This document shows, in pieces, positions 52,642 to 64,000 of a stretch of DNA of 64,000 bases. The translations under genes were made by a program, and so were the position numbers. The notes under the pieces were generated by a model. That model made no database searches. It was not told where the DNA came from and worked only from the letters and a program-made list of their open reading frames with translations. Origin of the DNA: Octopus bimaculoides (lineage: Eukaryota). Location of the stretch: positions 59,005,701 through 59,069,700 of the forward strand of contig NC_068989.1 of assembly GCF_001194135.2 (NCBI RefSeq), written 5' to 3'. Numbering within the stretch: the first letter of the stretch is position 1; each line of letters opens with the position of its first letter.

Positions 52642-54770
52642 ATGAATAAATGAAGAGAAAGAAGTGGAGATTATGAACTGACGATAGTTCTTGATCAATC
52701 TAGAAATAATGCTAATATCCCATTCTGAAAAAGAAATTATTTCCAGCTGACGATTTACAAATAAAAGAATATGTGTTTTTGAAGTTAAGGTTCTCTGTGA
52801 ATTATCAAACATAAAACATGAAGTGAACAGAGTCAATTGAAAGAAATCTCGCGGGAGTGTAGTACTTGAAATATTTTAGAAGCTGAAGAAGTGGTAATTT
52901 TAAAATGGAACGGAGCTAAGCTGGAAGTTATCAATAAAGATATCCTCTATGGAATATGATATTTATTGTTTCTTAGTTCTAGCTTTGGACCAAAGTGGAT
53001 TAAAAAAATGTAATTTTCTGCCAAATTCTAATAAACAATGCCTAACTCATTTCAGTTCTTGTGTTCTTCATAACTAAGTATTTCTACAATTTATATGAAG
53101 TTTAAATTACTAAAAATCTGAATTTCTAATTGCTACATTTGTCTTACTCATACAATACACAGTATTTCCATTCTTTAGTTTCTTTATTTTGTTTGAACCA
53201 TCACGTATTCTCTAAAGCTTTCTGCAAATAACTTAGTAAATTAAGTAAGCATATTAAAGTAAAATCTAAAACTCTATTCGTTGGTTTTCATTGTTTCTCT
53301 ACGACAAAGCTTATCAAGCTGTATGAAATAAGTGTATCTTTTTTTCTATCTGACAGTGTTATCAGAGAGAAATATGCATCTTAAACTGTGGAATATAGTA
53401 TGCTTTGCATTCCCTTAACACTATAGATTTAAATATCTGCTTTAAGATTCCTTTTGATTCAGGAAAAGGTTAATAACTGTCCCTAGTCTTTGAAGTGGAT
53501 ACACAGGAAGCCATTAATCGATAGCTATTCGTGTTACATTACAGATTCTTATGTTGCAACTATAATCAAATCGGGTAACTTCAAAAATATCCTTATCCTC
53601 CAATCAGAGGTCATAGGGTTGAGGATGGAATACAAAAGAGTATATAACTATATTATGAAAAGAGCAGTGAATATATCACTATGGCTTACAGACGATCTTA
53701 TGAAAATTCGGAACAGAAAAACAGGGGACATTAATCAAATCAATAATTTTAGTGAAGAGTTCCCTGATATGAAGGACTCGCCAAAAGGGAACAATCTTTT
53801 GGTAGGCACAATAAGTGAGTCAAAGAGGGTGCTGTTATATGGTCACTTGACCTGTTGAAAAGAGAAGCCAAATTTATTTCAAATCAAGTCATACTGTTAT
53901 AAAACAGTGATGTTATTATTGAATAACATAGATTACATCTCAAAAATAAAAAGACGGGTTTACGGCTTCTGAAATATCTGGGGCTAAACAGCAATAATTA
54001 GAAACAATAATTCTCGCATCAAGAATCCCGTGTATCCATAATGAGACATTACCTGTTCTTACATGCCAGCACTGTCAGATTCGGAGAAAGTGGAGCACTG
54101 AGGTATGACCTGATGAGCTTCAGATAATGCCGTGTGATGATTGGGTAGAGAACGTAGATGTTAACCCTTAATTAAGAACATATTTCTGGTGAGAGCCAAT
54201 AAAAATATGCCACAAAATCATTAATGAATATTTTATTACTAAGTCCTTTTACTTGCTGGATATGCAGGATGAGAAAATAGTTCCGGTTCTCAGAGCATCG
54301 TCTGCAGTAGAATTGATACTATTATCATTACGTTTAAATTGCTGCAACTTTAACACTGCAGGACAGACATGAGCAGGGTGGGAGTTCCTGGTGGAGCGAC
54401 ATCCCGAGGAGGAATGAAAGGGCATAGTGGTTAGTGCAGGGTTGGGGTTTGGATACAACATAAGTTGTAAGAGTAAAAGTGATGAGGGACTCGAGATTAC
54501 AAGAGAAAGGATGAAACGAGTCTTAGAAGCAAAGGTTATTAGAAGCAAAGGCTATTGTTGTCACGGCGGAAAAGTCAATGAGAAGTCAGGACATTTTAGT
54601 CCTGAAACAGGAGCGTGTCTGTGAGTGAATTGACTGCAATCAATTAAGTTGCCTTTCATTTTATGCGGCTTAAGAGGTTTGTTGGTGAAGGACGTGTGTA
54701 AAGAATATTCATCTCTATGGAAACGAAAGCAGCTCTACGTGGAAGAGCCTGAATGAAGATCACTTTCAGG

Positions 54771-55040
54771 TACGAGGTTGTGCTGAAAAATTCATAGGCT
54801 GACTATGAAAGACTGATGTTAGAGCTGCGAAATCTTGCATGCGTTAATTTGAAACCTTTTTATTTGTAACTACTTTGTTTCTTTCCAGGTAAACTGACGT
54901 CCAATTGTTCAAAGAAGACTTCAAAAAATAACTAGTTGTGACTTCTCTTGAAAATGGACAAAATTTGGTGTCGTAGTGTCATCAAATACCTGCAGAAAAA
55001 TGGTTTAATTCCCAAGGACATGACATCATGCTGACACAGT
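54771..55040 (+). mobile_element. mariner 5' fragment (left TIR and transposase N-terminus)
   Basis: TA then CGAGGTTGTGCTGAAAAATTCATAGG; MDKIWCRSVIKYLQKNGLIPKD resembles a mariner HTH start. Confidence 0.65.
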
Positions 55041-55183
55041 TCCTACATTAGGGAATGACGTTTCAGCTTTATCAATAGTGCAAGAGGTGGGCAGGTTAAT
55101 TTAGGAGAGGAAGGGACAGACAGTGAGAGAGAGAGAGAAAACGAGAAAAAAGAGAAAATGAGGGAGAGAGGGAGAAAGAGAAT

Positions 55184-55226
<43 letters not shown>

Positions 55227-55453
55227 CAACGTGGTTGGTGTGAGAAGCGGTGTAATACAGGAGTTCCCCACAGAAAAAGAGAGACAGACAGACAGAGAGG
55301 GAAGGGGGCGGTGAGAAAGGGGTTTTTGGTTTTTCCCCTTTCACTTCTGTGAGGTTGGTAAACTTTGACATTTGTAGGGGTCGATTCAATTGACTGAATC
55401 ACTACAAATTTCGGTCCTTCGTACAAAAGCTAGAAATCCTTGAAGTTACTTAC

Positions 55454-55665
55454 AGCAGAGATTCCTGTTATCCCCGCAGTCTTGGGTGGTTTCAATTTTA
55501 CTAAATATTTCGAACTCTGTTTCTGTTTCCAACCACTTGGTACTAACCTCCTCTGATTTAATTCCCTTACAGTTCATGTGAACGATTTCCCAACAGGACA
55601 TTTTAGACCCCATCAACTGATAATGACTCCCATTACAATATAACCTTGTTTCGATATTGTCTTTT
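55454..55665 (-). CDS. Candidate exon (phase 2-1), Cys-rich
   Basis: 70 open codons KDNIETRLYCNGSHYQLMGSKMSCWEIVHMNCKGIKSEEVSTKWLETETEFEIFSKIETTQDCGDNRNLC ending at a strong T|gtaagt donor; acceptor uncertain. Confidence 0.4.
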
Positions 55666-56066
55666 CTGCTTCAAAACTAAAGACATTTGATAGGTGACAT
55701 TGAAGGAACCTATCATATCTTTATCACAATTACCAATTTCAAACAAGTATCTTATCTCTTTAAGAAAGCTGCGTAACTACTTAAAAATGGTAAAATATTT
55801 CTATAAGTATTTGATACTGAACACAAAGAAATAAAAAGAGATTCTTTATTACAGACTTCTTTGGTGAGATTAATATTTTGATCCCCAAAAGGATTTATAT
55901 TTCATAGCATTTCACTTTCTCAGACTCTTCGCCTCTTTACTGATTTTGTGATTTTCAAAATATCTCTTTTCTCAGACTTTCTCCAGAACCCGAAAAACGC
56001 ATGAATCAACTAAAAAGAAAAAAAATCACATATTCATGTGTGTGTGTGTGTGTTTTTTAATCTTTT

Positions 56067-56247
56067 ATCTTTTACTTGTTTTAGTCATTAGACTACGGCC
56101 ATGCTGGGGCACCGCCTTGAAGAAGTTTTAGTCGAATGCATCGACCTTAGTACTTAATTTTTTTTTTTTTAAAGCCCGGTGCTTATTCTATCGGAGTGTT
56201 TTGTTGAACCGCTATATTACAGGGACGTAAACACAGCAACATGTGTT
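56067..56247 (-). mobile_element. SINE family 1 tail, runs into a gap
   Basis: Matches the tails of other copies. Confidence 0.8.
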
Positions 56248-56652
56248 NNNNNNNNNNNNNNNNNNNNNNNNNNNNNNNNNNNNNNNNNNNNNNNNNNNNN
56301 NNNNNNNNNNNNNNNNNNNNNNNNNNNNNNNNNNNNNNNNNNNNNNNNNNNNNNNNNNNNNNNNNNNNNNNNNNNNNNNNNNNNNNNNNNNNNNNNNNNN
56401 NNNNNNNNNNNNNNNNNNNNNNNNNNNNNNNNNNNNNNNNNNNNNNNNNNNNNNNNNNNNNNNNNNNNNNNNNNNNNNNNNNNNNNNNNNNNNNNNNNNN
56501 NNNNNNNNNNNNNNNNNNNNNNNNNNNNNNNNNNNNNNNNNNNNNNNNNNNNNNNNNNNNNNNNNNNNNNNNNNNNNNNNNNNNNNNNNNNNNNNNNNNN
56601 NNNNNNNNNNNNNNNNNNNNNNNNNNNNNNNNNNNNNNNNNNNNNNNNNNNN

Positions 56653-57122
56653 GTGAGTTGTATCCAGGTATGGGTGGCTTGTCTGGTATTCCTTGAAGAA
56701 ATCTGTCTAGACTCCGTTTAAAGCTGATAGGATCCTTTTCCTCTTTTATCTGTTTCGGGACAATGTTAAACAGGGCAGGGCCTGTTGAGGAAAAGAAATT
56801 ATTCCGCAGTGTACCTATATGTTGTGATCCTGAATTGGGCAGGGGACGTATGGCCCGTGCTCCCAGCCTTGGATGAACCTTGAAACTAATGTTCAGGTCG
56901 TCTGGGTAATGCTGGCGGTATATTTTCCACATCGTACAAATGATGTACCGCTCGCGGCGGCGCTGGAGAGAGGAGAGCTTCAAGGCTTTAAGGCGGTCCT
57001 TAAAGATCAGTCATGCCTTCAACTCGTTTGGTGAGTGCCCTCTGGGTGATTCAATCCTTGAGAGGTTTTGTTTTGTATGGGGAGACCACAAGGGGCAGCA
57101 GTATTCGAGGTGCGGCCGTACA
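56653..57122 (-). mobile_element. CR1-like LINE 3' fragment
   Basis: SLQRRRERYIICTMWKIY..HPRLG..FFSSTGPALFN; same family as 3581-5368. Confidence 0.9.
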
Positions 57123-57308
57123 GTATTTACTACAATATATATAGTCAATTAAAAAAACGCAGAGGAAAAGAAAAAGGTAAACAAACATGGGGGCGACACA
57201 TACACATACACATTTGAGCACACAGGTGCAAAACAAGGTGGAAAAATTATACTCGAATACCAAAAGTGGAGCAGAATAGTATTTTACTGAATCTGTATAG
57301 TCTTCATA

Positions 57309-57350
57309 AACTGTTACTCAGAGTTTCACGTAACCGATCATCAGACAGTT
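57309..57350 (-). ncRNA. Type I hammerhead ribozyme, near intact
   Basis: AACUGU-CUGAUGA-U-CG(GUUA)CG-U-GAA-ACU(CUG)AGU-A-ACAGUU; perfect 6-bp stem I, 3-bp stem III and full core. Confidence 0.7.
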
Positions 57351-57598
57351 ATGAGTGCCTTGCCGTGGAAATGATTCAAGGTTAAAAACCATGAGTCACG
57401 AAGCAGGCAAGTTGTGAGTTTGAAACCCGTTAACATCAATATCCTTGATCAATTTATCCATTCTTTATTAAGAATAAAAGACAAGAGATATATGTGAAAT
57501 GGTTATGATTTTCTTACCTCTTCTGTTTCTGATTGTCTACATATGAAGTAAAACTCACACTGAGGTATAAAAGAACTAGTGACTATGATGATATGATT

Positions 57599-57648
<50 letters not shown>

Positions 57649-58207
57649 NNNNNNNNNNNNNNNNNNNNNNNNNNNNNNNNNNNNNNNNNNNNNNNNNNNN
57701 NNNNNNNNNNNNNNNNNNNNNNNNNNNNNNNNNNNNNNNNNNNNNNNNNNNNNNNNNNNNNNNNNNNNNNNNNNNNNNNNNNNNNNNNNNNNNNNNNNNN
57801 NNNNNNNNNNNNNNNNNNNNNNNNNNNNNNNNNNNNNNNNNNNNNNNNNNNNNNNNNNNNNNNNNNNNNNNNNNNNNNNNNNNNNNNNNNNNNNNNNNNN
57901 NNNNNNNNNNNNNNNNNNNNNNNNNNNNNNNNNNNNNNNNNNNNNNNNNNNNNNNNNNNNNNNNNNNNNNNNNNNNNNNNNNNNNNNNNNNNNNNNNNNN
58001 NNNNNNNNNNNNNNNNNNNNNNNNNNNNNNNNNNNNNNNNNNNNNNNNNNNNNNNNNNNNNNNNNNNNNNNNNNNNNNNNNNNNNNNNNNNNNNNNNNNN
58101 NNNNNNNNNNNNNNNNNNNNNNNNNNNNNNNNNNNNNNNNNNNNNNNNNNNNNNNNNNNNNNNNNNNNNNNNNNNNNNNNNNNNNNNNNNNNNNNNNNNN
58201 NNNNNNN

Positions 58208-58243
<36 letters not shown>

Positions 58244-58339
58244 TACACGTGTATAAGGGATGACCACTAGGTGGACATCCAATATGCTAGAAAGAGATCA
58301 TCAACGACCCAACCACAAAGAAAAATAATGTTCACTACA

Positions 58340-58550
58340 CCGATTTATTTCTACTATTGCCGTTCTTCGGTCACATTCCTCAACATCTCAGTCACTGTTA
58401 ATAGACACCTCCATATCTTTACAACACTCCATAATAAACTTACTGACTTACACTGTTCCTGATTTCAATATTGTTCTTCTTCCCCTGATCATACCAACCG
58501 TTTCTTATAATTTCCCTGACTCTGTAGGTTACGCTGCAAGGATTGAAATT
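58340..58550 (+). mobile_element. Penelope-like RT thumb remnant (different family)
   Basis: SVTFLNISVTVNRHLHIFTTLHNKLTDLH..YCSSSPDHT resembles the PLE motif FLD..I..K.TD...YL...S.HP. Confidence 0.5.
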
Positions 58551-58668
58551 CTCTTTCCAGATGAGAAAAAAGTGCTCATTTTCCAGGAATAAGGTTACTA
58601 CAAACTAGCAGTCGATATCGTGCACCTCTTAGGTCACCTTCTGACACACACACATTACACACACCTGA

Positions 58669-60830
58669 TATGGTCCGTGGTCCCAGCCTTGGATGAACCT
58701 TGTAACTAATGTTCAGGTCGTTTGGGCAATGCTGGTGGTATATTCTCCACATCGTGCAAATGTTGTATCGCTCGCGGCGGCGCTGGAGAGAGTAGAGTTT
58801 CAAGGCTTTAAGGCGGTCCCAGTAATCGAGATCAGTCATGCCTTCAATTTGTTTAGTGAGTGCCCTCTGGAGTGATTCAATTTTAGAGATGTTTTGTTTT
58901 GTATGGGGAGACCACAAGGAGCAGCTGTATTCGAGGTGTGATCGTACAAAGGAGGAGAAAAGTGGAATGATGACACCTTGTTCTCTGGACTGGAAGGTTC
59001 TTAAGATTCAGGAGCTCATCCTACGAGCTATATCGATCTTATTGTTGATGGGAGCACTCCAACTGAGATTGTTATTAACAATTGCACTTAGGTATCTGAT
59101 ATTATTAGATGCTGTGAGCGGTTCCCCTGAAGGAAGTGAGTATGGCTGTTTTAGTATAGACTTGCTTCCAAAATGCATCAGCTCAAATTTTCCCTCGTTT
59201 AGTTGCATTTTATTTTTGTCTGCCCATTGACTCACAGCATATAGATCAGACTAGAGCTGAGTTCGGCCTTCTTCTTCATTGATGATTTGCTGGAGTTTAC
59301 TGTCATCAGCAAATATTTTCACTTTGCAGTGATTTACGACGCTGGAAAGGTCGTTTATGTATATTATAAAGAGGAGCGGGCTCAAGACAGTCCCCTGAGG
59401 AACACCACTGGTGACTTTTGCAGGGCTTGAGTGGACTCCATCGACCACAACATGTTGTGTTCTATTCGCCAGGAAATACTCAATCCAGTGTAGAAGCTTT
59501 CCACGGATTCCAACATTTGCCAATTTTGAGAGTAAGATACTATGGTTAACCCTGTGGAACGCTTTACTGAAGTCAAGATATATGACATCAGCATTCGAAC
59601 CTGTTCCCAAGGCTTTAAGTATATTCTCAATGTGGTGTAAGTGCTGTGTTAGTCCCTGCCACAGCGAAAGCCATGCTGATTTGCCTTTAGGAGTTTGTGC
59701 GTCTCCAGGAAGCCAGCTATACTTGATCTTACCACTCGTTCAAACACTTTAATGATGTGAGAGATGAGTGAGATTGGGCGATAGTTGACTGCGAGGGATC
59801 TGTTTCCGTATTTGAAAGCCAAGATGACAGACTGGAATAGGAGCAGTTTCGGTATATAACCCGAGTCTAAAGAATTTCTCCAGAAGTTGGTCAGAGGGAC
59901 TGCAAGTTGGTGTCAACATTCCTTCAGGAGACTAGAGGGGAATCAATCAGGGCCTTCAGCAGAAAAGTATTTGACCTCATTTATTGCTGCAATGATGTCT
60001 GAGGCATTGAAGGTTATGTCCGAGATTATATGTTGGGAATCAACTTTGTTCACTTCTCTTACGTCAATATCAGTGGGATCACAAAAGACAGAGCAGTATT
60101 GTTTCTGCAGTATTTCTGCCATTTCTTTAGCATCGTGCTGGGCAATGCCGTTATCATCGATCAATGGCCCAATGGGTGAGACAGCGGTTCTATGCTTATT
60201 TGCATAAGAATAGAACACTTTTGCGTACTGTTTGATGTTTTTGGTTACCCACTGTTCCTCTGCAGCTTTTTGATTTTCAATGGAGGTTTTCATGTCGGTC
60301 TGCAGATGAAGTTTTTACAACTCCAACCTTTTCATTGTTGTTGAATGTAGATGTATGTGGGAGTATTTTAATTAGTTGATTTTTTTATTGAGTCTTTTGA
60401 TGCGTCTGATGAGTGTTTTTTTTTTCTTTCCAAGGAGCCGGTTTCTGTTTGTGTTAGTGGAAGTTTATGTTGTCAAATAAGTGCCGTGGAGTGGGATTGA
60501 CTAGTTCGGTTTTGATATGCCGGGAATTAAAATTGCAGAGTATCATGTCGTGGTCTGAGAGGAGAGTTTTTTCAACTGAAATACTGTGAACGGAGCTAGA
60601 GTGGTTGGTTAATATTAGATCCAGGATCGTTTTCTTCTGTCTTGTTGGTTCGAGCACTAGCTGAGTCAGGAAGTAAGCACATCCTTACTGACACAGATGT
60701 TTGGCACAGTTTAGGATGGAAGAAGGTGCTTCCATTGCCTTTTGTGCATCCATATTTAGGATTAGGGCCATGGACTCTGTATTTAGGACAGTATTTGGGG
60801 TGGAGGTGAGGGCAGTTTTTTTCCCGTTAT
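58669..60830 (-). mobile_element. CR1-like LINE from the end of the APE endonuclease through RT; truncated at both ends
   Basis: [58 protein letters not shown]. Confidence 0.9.
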
Positions 60831-60892
60831 ACCATATGGACAGGTGCCCTTAACAAGTATATATATGTATATATACATGATTTTTTATATTT

Positions 60893-61115
60893 TTTACTTC
60901 TTTCAGTCATTTTATTGGGTTCCCGCCTCAAAGAGTTTTAGTCGAACAAATCGACAAATTGAGTTGTTATTTTTTAAAGCCTAATACTTATTCTATCACT
61001 CGCTTCTGTATAACAGGTAGGCTACAGGGGCGTAAACACACCAACATCGGTTGTGAAGTGGCGTGGGGGACAAACGCAGACACACACAGACACATATATA
61101 CGACGGGCTTCTTTC
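60893..61115 (-). mobile_element. SINE family 1 fragment
   Basis: GTAAACACACCAACATCGGTTGT and TACGACGGGCTTCTTTC blocks. Confidence 0.7.
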
Positions 61116-61244
61116 ATTGTATTCGTAAGACCAACCGGATAGTATATATATATATATGTATGTATGTATAACCTTGTATGATGGTAGAGGTTTCAATCTC
61201 TATCTATTTTTAAATATTTTTGTATAAATGAAAAAAACTCTTAC

Positions 61245-61382
61245 CTTCTTCCTCCATCCTGACCAGGCTTGAACCCAGGACACTTTTGAACATCCCCCTC
61301 ACCCGGTTCATCTACACTCACCTTTACCCACCAGTCCACCGGGGAGTCCCATGAATTGCTGTCAAAGATGAGATACTTAAAT
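61245..61382 (-). CDS. Candidate exon (phase 2-2)
   Basis: ctattatag acceptor and AG|gtaaga donor; GC-richer than flanks; only one frame is open: FKYLIFDSNSWDSPVDWWVKVSVDEPGEGDVQKCPGFKPGQDGGR. An internal AAG|gtgagt donor is an alternative end. Confidence 0.4.
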
Positions 61383-61829
61383 CTATAATAGTGTCCAATC
61401 AATAATAGAAATAGATTTAAATATCTCATTTTTGTGGCTTGAAATAAGAATTGCTTCTGTGGCTTTGTGGACATTGCCGTTCATAAAGTATAACTTAATG
61501 TTTGGTATAGAGGTTTCAATCCCTTTTTTGAAGTTATAAAGCGTTATGTAATTTTATCATTATTTGTCATTATACTGGGGCACCATGAATTTTTGTTGAA
61601 TGAATTGACCCCTGCACTTCTTCTTTAATCCTGGTTCTTATTTCATCATCTCTTTTTCCAAACCACTACATTATGAGGATGCAAACACACCAATGCCGGT
61701 TAACAAACAGTGGCTGCATATGTCAATTTTTTTTTTTTATCCAGCTTAATGCTGTTTTTTGCGCGGGAACATAGAAATAATCAGACTGAATACCCGATCG
61801 CGCATTTAAACCATTGGGAGTGAAGGACC

Positions 61830-62095
61830 TCTAGCCCTTGTTAGGGCATCCTTCTAGGAGAAGGCAACTCAGGCAACTGGGATAACTCCGACATAAAACC
61901 TGCGGCTCAGTGGTTACCGATGATATTGAATTGTTCTTCTTTTCGGGTTATGGCTACTGTTGCTTAGTGAGTGGGATTGACTCAGTGCACAGCCTTTCCT
62001 CACTTTAAAAATAAATCTTCTTGCACAGGCACTGCACGATAACAACATGTTAAGCTTCGTGCAATGGCCATACTCGATAACGAGGGGGCAGCCAT
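61830..62095 (+). mobile_element. Possible RTE-type 5' UTR fragment
   Basis: GGGCATCCTTCTAGGAGAAGGCAACTC..ATAAAACC resembles RTE leader sequences (recognition only). Confidence 0.35.
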
Positions 62096-62184
62096 CATGT
62101 ATGTATGTATGTATGTATGTATGTATGTATGTATGTATGCATGCATGCATGTATGTATGTATAACTCACACGACTCAGGTATAT

Positions 62185-62500
62185 TTCAGCCAAAGATGAG
62201 TTCATGCCATGTCTAAGTTAATAATATAACCCGATAGGATCTGTTTAGTCATTTTAAAAACAAGTTTTGTTGTTTCATGGCCAATTCAAATAGAGAGTTA
62301 TTATTGACTGAGATGTATCCAGGTATGAGTGGCCTATCCACCAATTCTTTGAACAAATTCGTCCAGGTTTCGTTTGAAGGTGAAGGGTTCTTTTTATCTT
62401 TGACTTATTTTGAAAAAATGTTAAATAAAGGGTCTGTTTGGAAAAAAAAAATTGTGTTGCAGTTCGGATTTTATTCTATGTTAAGCCGAAATAATTTTTT
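62185..62500 (-). mobile_element. Older CR1-like 3' end
   Basis: GCCATGTCTAA..GATAGGAT..CAAGTTTTG..TGTATCCAGGTATG homologous to 3620-3745. Confidence 0.65.
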
Positions 62501-63823
62501 CATAGAGTATGATTTTTAATTTAGAAATGAAATAAGTGTAGATCTTTATTTAGAAACCAACAGCCAAATTCTCCAAAGGTAGTTAAATATGCGTACGATG
62601 AATACTGGGATTGAGCTAAACCCGTACAGCCTCCACGAAAATGAACAGCCATATGTCTATGTTAAGAAGCAAGTAATAAATATATAAATAAATTAATGAA
62701 ATAAAATAAAACATAGTTTGCTACAATTAACCATATATCCATCCCAAGCCTTCATCAGATTCTTTTGAAAATAAAATCTATTTGGTTAATGGTAGTTCAT
62801 TCCAAAACCAGAAATTTCGAGATTCTCTGACAATTGAAAACTAAATCAAGATGGATGTTTGGTTGAGTAGATAATTTTGTAACGACGTGATCCAGTTTCG
62901 ATCTCACTGTGTGACATCTTGTGCAACTGGCTTCAATCCTATCATCAAGTTGATCAATGCTTTGAATAGCCTTTGGTAGAAAGAAACTGTTTTCGCCGTT
63001 TATTTGTGTTTAATTTTCTGTAGTATCATAAATGTTTCGTAGTGTCCTTAAGATTTCGAAAGTTAACGGTTGAACAAACAGAGTGGAATTCAAATCACTA
63101 CAAAAGTAAAATAAATACAGAGGTCCGATCGAATCCTTGAAAGCGGTGCAATAACTTAATGATCCTCCAATGATTGGATTCAGTAAATGAATGTATGATT
63201 GTGTAAACAAAATGAACCTGAACTAAGGAAAAGAAAAAAATTGCAATCCAGGGGAGATAATTTCAAAACGTAGTGCACAAGATTTATTTCCCTTAGACTG
63301 TAATAATTAATGTAAACTTAAATTACAACCGTTTATATGTGATAGCATAAAGAAAAATTTAAATTTAAATGTTGAAGTGAATCTAACGGGTTTTGTATGT
63401 TTCTTAAATGGCTCATAAACATCTTCTACGCTACAATTGTTGTAATAATTAAACTTCGCTCATAAGGGCTAGAATTTTTACTTTTGTTCTGTTTGCAAAC
63501 TAGACTATTTGCTTACTTACCTATTTATTTATTTATTTGTGTTTGTTTATTTATTTTTTTTTTCGTTATGCTATCACATATAAACGGTTGTAATTCTGAT
63601 TTATAAATCTAAATGGTATTTTCAGTATTTTAGAATAGGTATTTTAAAAAGTCTATGATATCATTTTTTTAATTATTATAATATAAAATAATTTTCTAAA
63701 AATGGCATAAAAATCAACGTAACTTAATTTTAGTGCTCGGAAGTCTACAAACATTTCCAAAATGTTAAAATTCAATTCTAAATTACAGAATCAAAATCTC
63801 AGAGTCCCATCGAAAATTCTACT

Positions 63824-63985
63824 CGTGGCTGTGTAATTTAGAAGCTTGCTTCCCAACTTTGTTGTCTGACACACCATCCCAGTCTGCAGCACCTTGAGCG
63901 ACAAGTGTCTTCTACTATAGCGACGGGCTGACCAAAACCTTGTGAGTGTATTTGTTAAACGGAAACTGAAAGAAGCCTACTGTAT
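63824..63985 (+). mobile_element. SINE family 1 head
   Basis: CGTGGCTGTGT..AGAAGCTTGCTTCCCAAC..AAGTGTCTTCTACTATAG..GGAAACTGAAAGAAGCC. Confidence 0.75.
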
Positions 63986-64000
63986 ATATACAAGATCGGA

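Noticed and set aside
53690-53852. Minus-strand exon with strong splice signals
   Set aside because: Stops in all three frames.
25187-58282. Long ORFs of 130-390 aa in the track containing X or dipeptide runs
   Set aside because: They are produced by N-gaps and microsatellites.

Overview
Eukaryotic, AT-rich, repeat-dominated animal DNA with eight N-gaps. The SINE families and microsatellite load resemble a cephalopod such as Octopus (recognition only, not verified). No prokaryotic features, CRISPR arrays, rRNA or intact tRNA genes are visible. Almost all long ORFs in the supplied track are microsatellite or N-gap artefacts. The window is a mosaic of decayed transposons: three tRNA-derived SINE families, CR1-like LINEs, an R4/Dong-like element, an RTE element, Penelope-like elements (PLEs), mariner DD34D and maT DD37D fragments, and MITEs. 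The most striking signal is about a dozen type I hammerhead-ribozyme (HHR) motifs in several sequence families. One HHR sits in the tail of a tRNA-headed SINE present as a head-to-head palindrome (7038-7621), and one stand-alone HHR is almost intact (57309-57350). A 610-bp TIR element has an inverted telomeric-repeat core. Several splice-bounded open frames on the minus strand may be exons of an unidentified host gene. All RNA structures and alignments were done by eye.
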